Shown here: positions 39,643-49,127 of the stretch, piece by piece
How positions within the stretch are numbered: position 1 is the first letter of the stretch
Layout: every line of letters starts with the position of its first letter
Source: Propionibacteriaceae bacterium
GTDB lineage: Bacteria; Actinomycetota; Actinomycetes; Propionibacteriales; Propionibacteriaceae
Direction: 5' to 3'
Length of the DNA: 64,000 bases
Assembly (NCBI GenBank): GCA_030529455.1
Contig: JAUMWV010000001.1
Location: 4,754-68,753 of the forward strand
Translations under genes and position numbers: made by a program
Notes under the pieces: model-generated
Told to the model about the DNA's origin: nothing
Seen by the model: only the letters and a program-made list of their open reading frames with translations
Database searches by the model: none

Positions 39643-40733
39643 AACCGCTACGCATACTCCTCCCCGTACACACGGTCGCAACCTGGGGCGGGCTCCAGGA
39701 CTGGACGGTGGGCATGGTGAAAGGCCTCGCCACCCGCGGAGCGGACGTTTACATCGTCGCGAACAATCGGCGGATCGTCGAGGAGTGTCAGGGTTTCGCC
39801 AGACACTCCTTCCTGGTCGATTGGGGATCCTGGCGCGGCTCGGTACAAGAAATCCTGACGGCCTGCGAGTTCGATGTTATATTCACCCAGCCCTACGCCT
39901 CGCGAGAACTAGCTATTGAACTTCGACGGCGCACCGGCGTACCGATCGTCCACATGTTCCACGGCAATAACTCTGATTTTGCTTATGGCTGGCACGATGA
40001 GATAGCCAAGTTCCTGGTCGCCAGCAGCTCACTCATCCCCATGCTGACGAAGTTCTGCGGGGTCAAAGACACCCCAATCGAGGTCTTACCTAACGGCGTC
40101 CCAGATTCTCTATTCGACACCCCTCCGATGAGCTACCAGGCGAGGATCGACAAGGGAAGCTACGACTTCGTGCTGGCTGCCCGGCTCATGTCCGACAAGC
40201 TCTCTCAGGTTGATGGCCTGATCTCCCTGATCTCTTCCTTGCTGCGGTCGAGGAAGATCCCCCGGGCTACCGTGCACCTCATGGGTGGCGGGCCTTCCAA
40301 AGAACACTTCTTGGCCCGGCTCGGTGCCTTCGTCTGCGAGAACCCACGGGTTGAACTCAACTATCATGGCTGGGTGAGCCCGGAGGAGGTCGTAGACCAA
40401 CTTCGTTCAGCGATATTCTCTGTCGCAGGAGGGGTCACTGGCGCCCAAAGCATAGCCGTCGGCACACCCTGCCTCGGCGCAGGAGCTAGAGGAATCTGCG
40501 GAGTGTCCACCCCAGCCAATATTGACCGGATTCTAGGCAGCAATTTCGGCGACCACAGCGCTCTGACAAATATGCCCCCAGAAGAGATCGAGCGCGACTA
40601 CCAGTGGATATGCGAACCCGAGAACTTCCACGCCTTCCAGGAATACTACGTCCCACTGATGCGCAAAGAACGGACCCACGGCGCCATCGCCGAACTCGCG
40701 CTCAGACAGCTATCCGAGGTCGTGTCTCGCTGA
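39639..40733 (+). CDS. GT4-type glycosyltransferase
   Basis: GTGA overlap. LRILLPVHTVATWGGLQDWTVGMVKGLATRGADVYIV is a typical GT4 N-terminus. Confidence 0.72.
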   Translation: MKPLRILLPVHTVATWGGLQDWTVGMVKGLATRGADVYIVANNRRIVEECQGFARHSFLVDWGSWRGSVQEILTACEFDVIFTQPYASRELAIELRRRTGVPIVHMFHGNNSDFAYGWHDEIAKFLVASSSLIPMLTKFCGVKDTPIEVLPNGVPDSLFDTPPMSYQARIDKGSYDFVLAARLMSDKLSQVDGLISLISSLLRSRKIPRATVHLMGGGPSKEHFLARLGAFVCENPRVELNYHGWVSPEEVVDQLRSAIFSVAGGVTGAQSIAVGTPCLGAGARGICGVSTPANIDRILGSNFGDHSALTNMPPEEIERDYQWICEPENFHAFQEYYVPLMRKERTHGAIAELALRQLSEVVSR

Positions 40734-40974
40734 CTTGGTTCCGGCGGCCCTACGGTTCCGCGCTTGGGCGGTTCCCGTCAAGCCTCGACAGCCGGTCGTG
40801 TGTCACTCACTCCGAGACGTGGTTCACGCGAGCCACACCCTCGACATTGAGCCGCATAAGCGAGACGTGTCCACGATTCGCGGAGAAACCCAAAGTCGGG
40901 TCGAGGTTTCTTCACCACGCGCACACCCTGGCTGCTGGACGCTTGCGCCACCTTTCTTCGCCCACGAAGGAGCG

Positions 40975-42141
40975 TCACTGACGGGTGGTGTCGGCTAAGG
41001 CTTTGGCCAGCATCCGCCGGATGCCTGCGGTATCACCAGAGCGCGCCTTCCAACGGATCGCCAACTTGTCTAGCGGGCTTCCGGGAAGTGTCACCGCCAT
41101 GATGGGTGTGACACTTCCTCGGTAGTCGGAGACCTTAGATGGCAGGAATGGTGAAGCCACCGGGAACGGGCCCGTGCTGATGTCCGTTACCAGCAACGCC
41201 GAATAATCGCTGCTTCGCCTCAGGAAGCTTCGGAACGGCAACGGATTCTTCACCTGCACCCGTTCCTCCAAGCCAAGCGCCTTCGCCGCCCGACGCACGG
41301 ATGCCGCCGTGGTGGAGTAAACATCCAACGAGATTCGTGACGCCTCCTCCTTCGGCATGGAAGACCATGCCTCGAGAAACTCCCCGGCGCCCCGGTTCGG
41401 GTAGAAGTTGCCGAAGTACCCGATCCTCAGCTCATCAGACGATGCCGTCGAATCAGCTGCATAATACTCAGCGGGAAGGGTCGGGTGAGGCGATATGACG
41501 CTCTTGGCCGTCAGCTTCTTGCGGAACTCCTCCGGCACGTCTCGAATCATCACTTCGCACTGCTGCTCGTTGGTGAACACCAGCGTATCGGCCAGGAAGA
41601 AGGGAACGAACTGAGCCCACTCCAGCAGCGTCCGGCGCGAGCTGAGGAAACGTCTCTCCTTGGGCGGCAGGGCCTCCAGGATCTCTGTACGGTAATTACT
41701 CAGCGGCAAGCTCGGGGAGCTCCGCTGCCCGCCCTCAACCGTCCAGAGGATGGGATCAGAAAACTCTGCTTCCCAGCGCTGAGCAAAGGATCGGACCTTG
41801 ACCAGAGCCGCCAGAAAATGGGAGTGCGGCCACATCGATCGGGAGTACACCGACTCGTAGTGGTGCCCGCGAAAGGCCAAAACCTCACTGCCCAGTTCAA
41901 CGAACTCAGCGACCGATTCCCATCGCGAGAAAGCCACCAAGGTACGCGCGACGAAGTGAAAATTCACGTACGGCGCGACAAGTTCAGCCAAACTTGGATC
42001 TACGCTCCGATGAGCACTCAGATCGGCCGATATCACGTCGATCCGACTGCCGTTGAGCACCACCCGCTTAGCCACCGTGACTGCGCTGCCATCGTTGAAG
42101 GGTGGAAAGTTGTACGCGACAACTAGGCGCTGGCTTGTCAT
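40975..42141 (-). CDS. GT-B-fold glycosyltransferase-like protein
   Basis: ATGA overlap at 42141-42138. LRIGYFGNFYPNRGAGEFLEAW..ERVQVKNPLPFRSFL..PSKVSDYRGS. Confidence 0.62.
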   Translation of the reverse strand: MTSQRLVVAYNFPPFNDGSAVTVAKRVVLNGSRIDVISADLSAHRSVDPSLAELVAPYVNFHFVARTLVAFSRWESVAEFVELGSEVLAFRGHHYESVYSRSMWPHSHFLAALVKVRSFAQRWEAEFSDPILWTVEGGQRSSPSLPLSNYRTEILEALPPKERRFLSSRRTLLEWAQFVPFFLADTLVFTNEQQCEVMIRDVPEEFRKKLTAKSVISPHPTLPAEYYAADSTASSDELRIGYFGNFYPNRGAGEFLEAWSSMPKEEASRISLDVYSTTAASVRRAAKALGLEERVQVKNPLPFRSFLRRSSDYSALLVTDISTGPFPVASPFLPSKVSDYRGSVTPIMAVTLPGSPLDKLAIRWKARSGDTAGIRRMLAKALADTTRQ

Positions 42142-42755
42142 CTCACCAGACCCAAGCTCACACATTCGAGCAGCCGAGCTGCCCGGTCAAAGAGATCTGG
42201 ACGCTCCGCCCGCAGCTTCGGAAATGACAGCGTGTTGATGTGAAGCTGCTCGGCGCTCAAGACCACGGCAGCCAACGCCGCCAGCAGAACTGGGCTAGAG
42301 TCACCTGGCAGGGCAAAGAAGCTTGCGTTGGACGCGAGTTCCACCCACTCGGGCCGGACAGCAGTGCCCGTCGACGGTCCGACCATGGCGATCGGCAACG
42401 CTCCCGGGAGGGACTCGTGCACGTCTCCCAAGACCAGGCATGCGGACCTGCTGCCGCGAGGAAGGAAAAGCCCTCCCGTACGTACCGGTCCAGGGGATAC
42501 CCACACGTTATCCACCGCGTACCATTCGGTGATCCGCTGAGCCGTCAAAGCCGAGATTGGCTTCTGAAAGTCCATCCGCCCAGCCGACCAATGTGAGAAG
42601 GCAAGTGCTCCAGCCACCGCAATCCGGTCAGAACTAGTGGTTTCGTATGGCCAGTCCACCCGCAGCGTATTGACCGGAGGAAGCCCATCGAAGTCGACGA
42701 CTTCAGCTTTCAAACTCGTCCATCGGGGCGAGGCCGGAAGGTAATCGATTTTCAT
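42138..42755 (-). CDS. Hypothetical protein (205 aa)
   Basis: It is the only long ORF here and is chained by overlaps to both neighbours. I recognise no motif. Confidence 0.5.
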   Translation of the reverse strand: MKIDYLPASPRWTSLKAEVVDFDGLPPVNTLRVDWPYETTSSDRIAVAGALAFSHWSAGRMDFQKPISALTAQRITEWYAVDNVWVSPGPVRTGGLFLPRGSRSACLVLGDVHESLPGALPIAMVGPSTGTAVRPEWVELASNASFFALPGDSSPVLLAALAAVVLSAEQLHINTLSFPKLRAERPDLFDRAARLLECVSLGLVR

Positions 42756-44731
42756 CAGGCACCTGCCTCCTTTGCTTCGGGCAAGAACAGTCTCATGGGC
42801 ATCTCACCTTGACTGATACGACCGAGCACGCCAATGACCACCTCGGCCGAGCATGTGGTTGTCCTAGCCAGGACAAAGTACTGAGGAGACTCACCGTCGG
42901 TCGACACCATTCGCCCGAAAGCGGTGGTGACCTCAGCCATCGTGTGAAGCTGTTGGACAAGGTCTTTAGCCAGCGCCTTAGATGCAGGCTGAGCGACGAT
43001 CCACCAGGTCGGTGTGCCCTCGCCATAGACGGACTCGTACTCTTCGACGAGCTGCCTCTCACCTCGTAGCGACTCGGTGCTGCGGCGCGCTCCGAAAGTG
43101 AGTCGGGCGTCGGCCTCGGCAGCGAACGAATACAGCTCCGCCAAGCATTCCAGGCCGTTGCCGAAGACCCTCACCGTCTGCCTCAACGGCCCCTCATCCA
43201 GGTCTGAGACGGTCACCGTCGAAGCCTGCCAACCCTGCAGGCGGCCGGAGATGCGCCTCATGTCCTGGCTCAGGTTCTGCCCGACCAGCTCCACGCTCAC
43301 GAAGTAGCTATCCCGGTTCGTGATCGCCTGAACGGACGGGCTGAATTGGATCTTCTCGGGAGTAACCTCCGGGATCGTGATGCCGCTCAGGCTAGCTCTG
43401 ACCCGCCCATCGCTGTCTTGCCGCGATACCGCGATCTGAGTCTTTTCCTCGTGTTCGGGGCCAACCAGCGCGTGCCGGAGCACATCGCCGATCGCTACCC
43501 ACGGCGCACCGGACTCAGCGACCGCGACAACAAGATCATCCCAGCTGGTAGCCGGGTAGATCCCCGCAAGCAGGGAAGCACGAATCAGGCTCCCGCCAAC
43601 AGCGAACGGCATGAAATGGGCCGTCGGCTCGTGCCGCGCCCCAGCGATATCGATCACGGTCGACGACGAGACGTCGCTGACCAGCCCTGTGTTGGCAGGC
43701 GCCGCGTCGAGGAGCTTCTCCAGACGATTCGGTTCCCAGATCTCCCCAGAAGAAGCCACGGCGACGTAGCAGCCTCGAGCCATCAGCCCAGCGGGTGCCG
43801 CCCATGGAACGACACGAATCCTCTTGTCAAGGGCAGTTAACGCATTATTCGCGCCGAGGACCAGCACCTCAATGTCACTAACTGTCTGATTCAGCACGCC
43901 GATCAGCGTGCCCAGCACAGCGTCCTCATCGGCGCTGTGCGGAATGACGACGCTGACAATAGGAACCATTTCACGCGGCAGATAGCGGGCCTGCCTGCGG
44001 TTACGAACACAGGTGAGGTCGTTGGTGTGAATGGCTCGGTTGTGTGCGATCGCTTCCTTCGCTTGGACTGAGCGTTGCGCGGCCAAGGCTGTGGAGGGGT
44101 GCCAGATGTGATACATCGCCACGCCAGGTTCGTCCAGCCAGTTGACCCGAGCACCGAAGCGTTGAGCGCGTCTGGCGAAATCGATGTCCTCTCCACCGTA
44201 GGTGTGCATCCGCTCGTCCCAACCACGCAATGTCTCCCACATAGCGCGCTGGACTGCGACCAGCCCGCCCATGCCCCACCGTGGGCGGATCTGAGCGATC
44301 TGGGCGAACCGGTCCCAATCAGTGCCCTCCCGGCGCACCGTCTCGTGGCCATAGCCGCATGGGAGGTCGCGACATTGCAAGATGCAAATCTGCTGCGGGT
44401 GGGCCGTCACTTCCTCGACCGCACGGGTCAGTGCCTTCGGGGTAAACAGCATGTCCGCATCGGTGGCAAGAATCACGGCTCCGCGACTGGCAGCAACACC
44501 ACCGTTCAACGCACGGGACCGGGACCAGCCGCCGTCGGTCTCAACCCTGGCGCAGATCGCGCCGACCGATTCGACCACCGCACGAACCTCGTCGTGATCG
44601 CTGCTTCCGTAGTCACATACGATCACCTCATGCTCGATATCCCTCAACGAGCCATGAATGCTTTCGATCGACAGCGCGAGTCGTTCCAGACCCCAGTCCT
44701 TGAAACCGATTACGGCCGAGACCATCGTCAC
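42755..44731 (-). CDS. Tandem GT2 (GT-A) glycosyltransferase with about 250-aa C-terminal extension
   Basis: VSAVIGFKDWG..VIVCDYGSSD..ATDADMLF. The second module is IVSVVIPHSADEDAVLGTLIGVLNQT..EVLVLG. Confidence 0.8.
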   Translation of the reverse strand: MTMVSAVIGFKDWGLERLALSIESIHGSLRDIEHEVIVCDYGSSDHDEVRAVVESVGAICARVETDGGWSRSRALNGGVAASRGAVILATDADMLFTPKALTRAVEEVTAHPQQICILQCRDLPCGYGHETVRREGTDWDRFAQIAQIRPRWGMGGLVAVQRAMWETLRGWDERMHTYGGEDIDFARRAQRFGARVNWLDEPGVAMYHIWHPSTALAAQRSVQAKEAIAHNRAIHTNDLTCVRNRRQARYLPREMVPIVSVVIPHSADEDAVLGTLIGVLNQTVSDIEVLVLGANNALTALDKRIRVVPWAAPAGLMARGCYVAVASSGEIWEPNRLEKLLDAAPANTGLVSDVSSSTVIDIAGARHEPTAHFMPFAVGGSLIRASLLAGIYPATSWDDLVVAVAESGAPWVAIGDVLRHALVGPEHEEKTQIAVSRQDSDGRVRASLSGITIPEVTPEKIQFSPSVQAITNRDSYFVSVELVGQNLSQDMRRISGRLQGWQASTVTVSDLDEGPLRQTVRVFGNGLECLAELYSFAAEADARLTFGARRSTESLRGERQLVEEYESVYGEGTPTWWIVAQPASKALAKDLVQQLHTMAEVTTAFGRMVSTDGESPQYFVLARTTTCSAEVVIGVLGRISQGEMPMRLFLPEAKEAGA

Positions 44732-45138
44732 GACTCTTCCTCCCCCCTCGCTCGCAACACTTCATATTCACGCGGCTTTGAGCCGGCGCCGATCACCGCA
44801 ACCCCAAAGTAGCCGGAGGCATCGTCTTTCTTACGCCACGGCCTCACCCTGACCTCAACCTCATCGACCGCGGTATCACCAGACCACGAGACCCTCAGCA
44901 GGCCAGCTTCTCTGCTCGGATAGACGAAGTAAGCGTCGAAAACCGTAGACCAGCGAGGCCGCTCTCCAATCGGCCTCAGCATCTCCCCATCGGCATCACG
45001 GCACAGTATCGTGACCACATAGTCACGCTCGCTGTCCAGCGCCTCGGTCTGCTGGATAGCAAAGATCAAGTCGCGGACCTCCCCGACCGGGTGCCAACGG
45101 AAACAAAGAACGCCATCACCCTTAGCAACCATCGTCAT
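44728..45138 (-). CDS. Hypothetical small beta-rich protein
   Basis: The stop overlaps the GT2 start (GTGA). The start is ambiguous (ATG 45138 or 45132; AGGAG upstream). ILCRDADGEMLRP resembles LRFYDQAGNELMG in the N-module of the 34384 gene. Confidence 0.45.
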   Translation of the reverse strand: MTMVAKGDGVLCFRWHPVGEVRDLIFAIQQTEALDSERDYVVTILCRDADGEMLRPIGERPRWSTVFDAYFVYPSREAGLLRVSWSGDTAVDEVEVRVRPWRKKDDASGYFGVAVIGAGSKPREYEVLRARGEEES

Positions 45139-45184
45139 ACTCCTGTCCACAGCGTTGCCCCCTCGGCACCACCACAATACTCCT

Positions 45185-46411
45185 TCACATCATGACCCTT
45201 CGCCCGTAGCCACGCCTACATCGCCACGGAAGGGAACCACCACGAAGCCCTCGCCGCCGATCTTTGAGGCCGACGCCGACCTGCTTCCCGCAGATGTTCA
45301 CCCACCGGCCACCATTCATCAAAATACACTTGCGCTCGACGTAGACAGGGTCCCCGATTAGCGAAACATCGGCGTAGGCGAGTCTGATTGATACGCCGCC
45401 GCAAGGATTGTGCGCATAGCTGACATGTCTGCCGGTGAGCAAAAAGAGAGCGCTCCTGCAGGAATACCCGACAAAGCCCTGCTGCTCGATAACTAAACAA
45501 GGCCTCCGAGCCGAACGGAGCCGCGGCGGATGCGAATAAAAGCCGCCGATAGGCAACAGCTTACCCGCGCGATCCGCAAAATGCCTCAGCTCGGACCGAA
45601 CCTTTCTCGCCGACTCCCCCACATCCGTGCATGCTGCTGAAGCGAGAGACCAGGCCAAACGCATCTGAGCAGATGGTGATAGTAGACCAACCCACCGTGA
45701 TTGATGCTCAGAGCAATACTCGCCGACTGCTCTATCATCGCCGAATCGGACATAGCGGATCACCACCAGATCCCGCCTACCAACATTGACGACCGGGCGA
45801 TCAGGAGTATCGAAGATGGCCAGAGCAGACACCAGCGCGACGTGACCATGAGACCGACGACAGGTTTTAGCATAACTTAGGATGGATTCCAGATCAGGCT
45901 CCGGCAGAAAGAAAGCCGATTCCGGCAAACCAGCGCCGTCGCTGTGAGGCAGGGCAGCAATCGCACTTACTGCCTTCCTCCGGCCAGCACTGACGTGATC
46001 GATAAGGTTCACACAGATCGCTCGATCTGACCACGCCTCCGACTGTGCAGGGAGCCAGAGAGAACGCAGAATCTCACCTACCACCCAGATCACTCGCGCC
46101 TCTCGGCGAACCAACAAGAAATCTCCTAGAGAGCATCTCCAAAGCACTCCACTTTGAGGCTCCTGACCGCCCAGAGAGGCCCACACCTGAGGCCGACCTG
46201 AGCGAAAGACCATCTTCCACGGAAAACGACGGGCAAACACCCAGTTCAGCCTCAAGAACTGAATGACCCACGGGTCTAATTCTTGATCGGCGGCGGGGAC
46301 ATACCGAGCGCTCAGATAGCGATCCGATTGCACACAGCCGAGCTTGCGAACCTTGATCCTCTCCCCGCACGGACGCCGCTCAGCTTGATAAACACCAGGA
46401 CCAGTCAACAC
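45185..46411 (-). CDS. Hypothetical Trp/Arg/Cys-rich protein (408 aa)
   Basis: It is the only long ORF in an A/T-richer stretch. GTG/TTG start near AGGAG. No recognisable motif, and the C-terminal tail (RRGLRGGSLPWRCRRGYGRRVMM) looks odd. Confidence 0.45.
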   Translation of the reverse strand: MLTGPGVYQAERRPCGERIKVRKLGCVQSDRYLSARYVPAADQELDPWVIQFLRLNWVFARRFPWKMVFRSGRPQVWASLGGQEPQSGVLWRCSLGDFLLVRREARVIWVVGEILRSLWLPAQSEAWSDRAICVNLIDHVSAGRRKAVSAIAALPHSDGAGLPESAFFLPEPDLESILSYAKTCRRSHGHVALVSALAIFDTPDRPVVNVGRRDLVVIRYVRFGDDRAVGEYCSEHQSRWVGLLSPSAQMRLAWSLASAACTDVGESARKVRSELRHFADRAGKLLPIGGFYSHPPRLRSARRPCLVIEQQGFVGYSCRSALFLLTGRHVSYAHNPCGGVSIRLAYADVSLIGDPVYVERKCILMNGGRWVNICGKQVGVGLKDRRRGLRGGSLPWRCRRGYGRRVMM

Positions 46412-46877
46412 GAACTCCTACTCTCGGGAAGCCCCAGAGTTTGGATCACATGTCCCAGCAGAATATTTGGGTCGATCTGGGTCTATCCAGAAGAAACTGT
46501 GCGGGCCTGACTTTTTAGCGCCAAGTTTTCCGAATTATCCTCTACGAACTAGCTTACTAGCCCAATCAATACAAGATTGATATTGTCCTCGCATAGCATA
46601 GCCGACGCTTGCCAGTCTGGTCAAGCGCTCACTGACGCTTAGCTGTAATGCGCAGCAACCTGGATGTTTACCTCGCCTGGGCGAACTGACGTCACGCCCT
46701 TGACGTGCGAGCATCGAGCGGCTGCCGTACACAATGATCCGCCGGAGAACGGGGGCATCGCGCGGCTGATGAAGGAAACGCCCTCGTCGATGTTGAACCA
46801 GCGAGCCTGCCCCACTGCGCCCTCCGCTCAAGGTTGCCCTAGTGGAAGCTCCAGCACAGTTTCTTTGTCCGCACTGG

Positions 46878-46916
46878 GGCTCCTCTGTGGAAGCTCTGGG
46901 CTTCCACAGAGGAGCC
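46878..46916. repeat. Perfect 17-bp inverted repeat with 5-nt loop in a 700-bp non-coding spacer
   Basis: GGCTCCTCTGTGGAAGC tctgg GCTTCCACAGAGGAGCC. A partial third copy GTGGAAGCTC lies at 46842-46851. Confidence 0.9.
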
Positions 46917-47108
46917 TGGCGTCACGTTCTGTTTGGTGGGGCATCAGAGAGAGTACACCCCGCTTGCCGACCCCGTGGCAGGCTGTGGCCTGTGCTCATT
47001 AGTGCTCATCGCGCGACGATCGGCCGGGCACCCTGGAGCCGGCCGGCCTAGCTCAGGCTCGGTCAGCTATCGAGATCCGCCGCCTTCCCACAATGACCTG
47101 CCCACTGC

Positions 47109-48977
47109 TCACACCTCAGGACACTCATACTCTTTCGTCGGAATAGGCAGCCGCCGATGATCCTCAATCCCATCGACGACCAGCACTAACATCGTCAGCA
47201 GATGCCACATTATGGTCGGCCACCGCGGCGCCTCGTCCCGCAACAATCCGTTCAGCTTGTCGAAATTGATGAGCCCATCCGGCGCTGCCAGCGCGCGCTC
47301 TCGGATGGCCTCGAATACCTCGGAGCGGTAGCCAGGATGCATCAGCCATTTTGCCTCATGGCGACGCTGCGCCAACTCGACCTTCATCGAGAACCGGGCG
47401 GCCCAGGTGTCTCGGACATGGGATGGCATATCCGCAGCTGGACCCTCACTCTCAAAGCGCCACCGACTCCCCTCGATCGGCACATCCACCAGTTGCGGGG
47501 CAAGTTGCAGAAGCACGTCAAAGAACATCCGCTCGGTCCAGCGAATAGCAGGAGCAATCCGCAACATGCTCAGCACCACCCGGTTGTCTAGCAACGGATC
47601 CGCAACGTGAGCCCTCAGACGTTCCCCATTCCGGCGGGCTGCCACCCACCGCCGGTTCCGGTCCTGATGGTAGAGACGGTCCAAGACAAGGAACGGGTCT
47701 GACTCAGCCATAGCCAACCAAGGTCTTGCTCGCTCGCGCACGATCGCGTCACCCGAGGGATCAAACACCGAACCCTCACGGACCATGATGGTGTTGATAA
47801 CGCCAGCCGCCCGTTCGACCGTCGGCGCCACGGGGTAGGTCGCAGCATAACCGCCACGCATGATCTCGCCGCCCACGCCGCTAGCCGAAACCCTGTTAAC
47901 AAACTGACGATACGGCACCACGTTATCCCAGGCAGAGGATGTCAGATCAAACTGATCGAGAACTGTCTTCGCTTTCGCTACGGGATCCTCAGCCTTGATT
48001 AGAGTCGGGACCGGCGATGGCGGGGTAAACGTGTGTGGCCAGCCGAAACGTTCCGCGATGATGCGTGCGATGACCACATCCGGGTGGTCTGGCATACCAG
48101 AAGTTGAAGCGCTGAAGGTAGTTTCCGTCCAATGGCTGGCAGCCGCCGCGATCAACCGGCTGTCCCGGCCACCTGAGATCGGGAGGTTACACACCCCGGA
48201 AGCAACCATAGGGCGGCACGCATCTACTAGAGCGTCGGCGAGCTGCGCAAGAATCTCCGCGTAGTCACGATCCCCGGGCTGTAGTGCACTCTCGGTCTGG
48301 AACCAGGTCCGTGTGCTGACCCCCTCGCCAGTAAGCCTGAGCAGTTCGTGCACACCCATCGCCTTCACGTCCTCGAAGCAGGTGTCGCGGCCGAAGTAGT
48401 GGCTTTGGTTGCCGTAATGCCGAAGAGAAGCCAGATCCCAGCTGCGGGGCTTGCCCGTTAGGGCCTCTCGCACATGCTCAACTAGCGCCAGCCGGTTGCT
48501 GACTAGCCAGTGGGCACCGGCCTCTGCCCAGAAGACGGGATACAGCGCAGCTGCGTCGGTGACCACGTCGATACCGGCGTCGTCGGCCCGGATCCCCAGG
48601 AACGCCCCCGGCGCGCGACGCAACGCACTCTCAGAGAATCCGTAAGAGCCGGTTATCGTGTCGAGGCTGATCCCGAAGCTCGATAAAACTAACCCTGCCT
48701 CGCGCTCCCCCGTCAGCACAGGTTCGGAAGCCCCCTCATTCGAGGCCAACCAGATAGCCGACCTTCTCTCCGGGGACCACCAAGACTCTGTCGAGCACTC
48801 GCGATCGAAGTCGATCACCGGAAAGTACTTAGCCAACGCAGCACAGACGATCCGGTCGAGCTCCTTCTCAGGCAGCAGCCGATCTGCTTGACCGATCCGA
48901 CGTTCGCTCTTCCTGACCAGCGCAAGAAACAGTTGCACGACAACCCCCGTAGTCTTTAGGCGATTCCAACCTAACAC
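47109..48977 (-). CDS. Asparagine-synthase-family (PP-loop ATP pyrophosphatase) protein without the N-terminal catalytic Cys
   Basis: ISGGRDSRLIAAAA (SGGxDS PP-loop). GATase-like VVTDAAALYPVFWAE..WLVSNRLAL. The N-terminus is MLGWNR rather than MCG. Confidence 0.78.
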   Translation of the reverse strand: MLGWNRLKTTGVVVQLFLALVRKSERRIGQADRLLPEKELDRIVCAALAKYFPVIDFDRECSTESWWSPERRSAIWLASNEGASEPVLTGEREAGLVLSSFGISLDTITGSYGFSESALRRAPGAFLGIRADDAGIDVVTDAAALYPVFWAEAGAHWLVSNRLALVEHVREALTGKPRSWDLASLRHYGNQSHYFGRDTCFEDVKAMGVHELLRLTGEGVSTRTWFQTESALQPGDRDYAEILAQLADALVDACRPMVASGVCNLPISGGRDSRLIAAAASHWTETTFSASTSGMPDHPDVVIARIIAERFGWPHTFTPPSPVPTLIKAEDPVAKAKTVLDQFDLTSSAWDNVVPYRQFVNRVSASGVGGEIMRGGYAATYPVAPTVERAAGVINTIMVREGSVFDPSGDAIVRERARPWLAMAESDPFLVLDRLYHQDRNRRWVAARRNGERLRAHVADPLLDNRVVLSMLRIAPAIRWTERMFFDVLLQLAPQLVDVPIEGSRWRFESEGPAADMPSHVRDTWAARFSMKVELAQRRHEAKWLMHPGYRSEVFEAIRERALAAPDGLINFDKLNGLLRDEAPRWPTIMWHLLTMLVLVVDGIEDHRRLPIPTKEYECPEV

Positions 48978-49127
48978 GTCCTCGCCCTAAGCGGGCCTAC
49001 TCTATCTCGCCAGGCGGCATCAAGACGAAAACAGCCCGTTGAAGCGAGTGTCGGCCGGAACATTTGTCAACTAAGGCTGGTACCGGCGCCGCGAGGCGCA
49101 GAGCGCTGGGCGCCAGAGGCATGGCTC

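Noticed and set aside
46535-46831. 98-aa minus-strand ORF inside the A/T-rich spacer
   Set aside because: It has no RBS and an Arg/Ser/Gly-rich composition. It spans a region that looks non-coding or degenerate, so I treated it as chance or at most a gene remnant.
46412-49127. Possible lasso-peptide cluster, since an AsnB-like enzyme lacking Cys1 resembles a lasso cyclase and lies next to ABC transporter genes
   Set aside because: There is no transglutaminase-like B protease or PqqD-like RRE gene. The ABC pair is the ABC-2 polysaccharide type. The small ORFs I translated upstream (MPLAPSALRL...PPGEIE; MFRPTLASTGCFRLDAAWRD...) lack a plausible leader length. They also lack an Asp/Glu at core positions 7-9. 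The polysaccharide context fits better.
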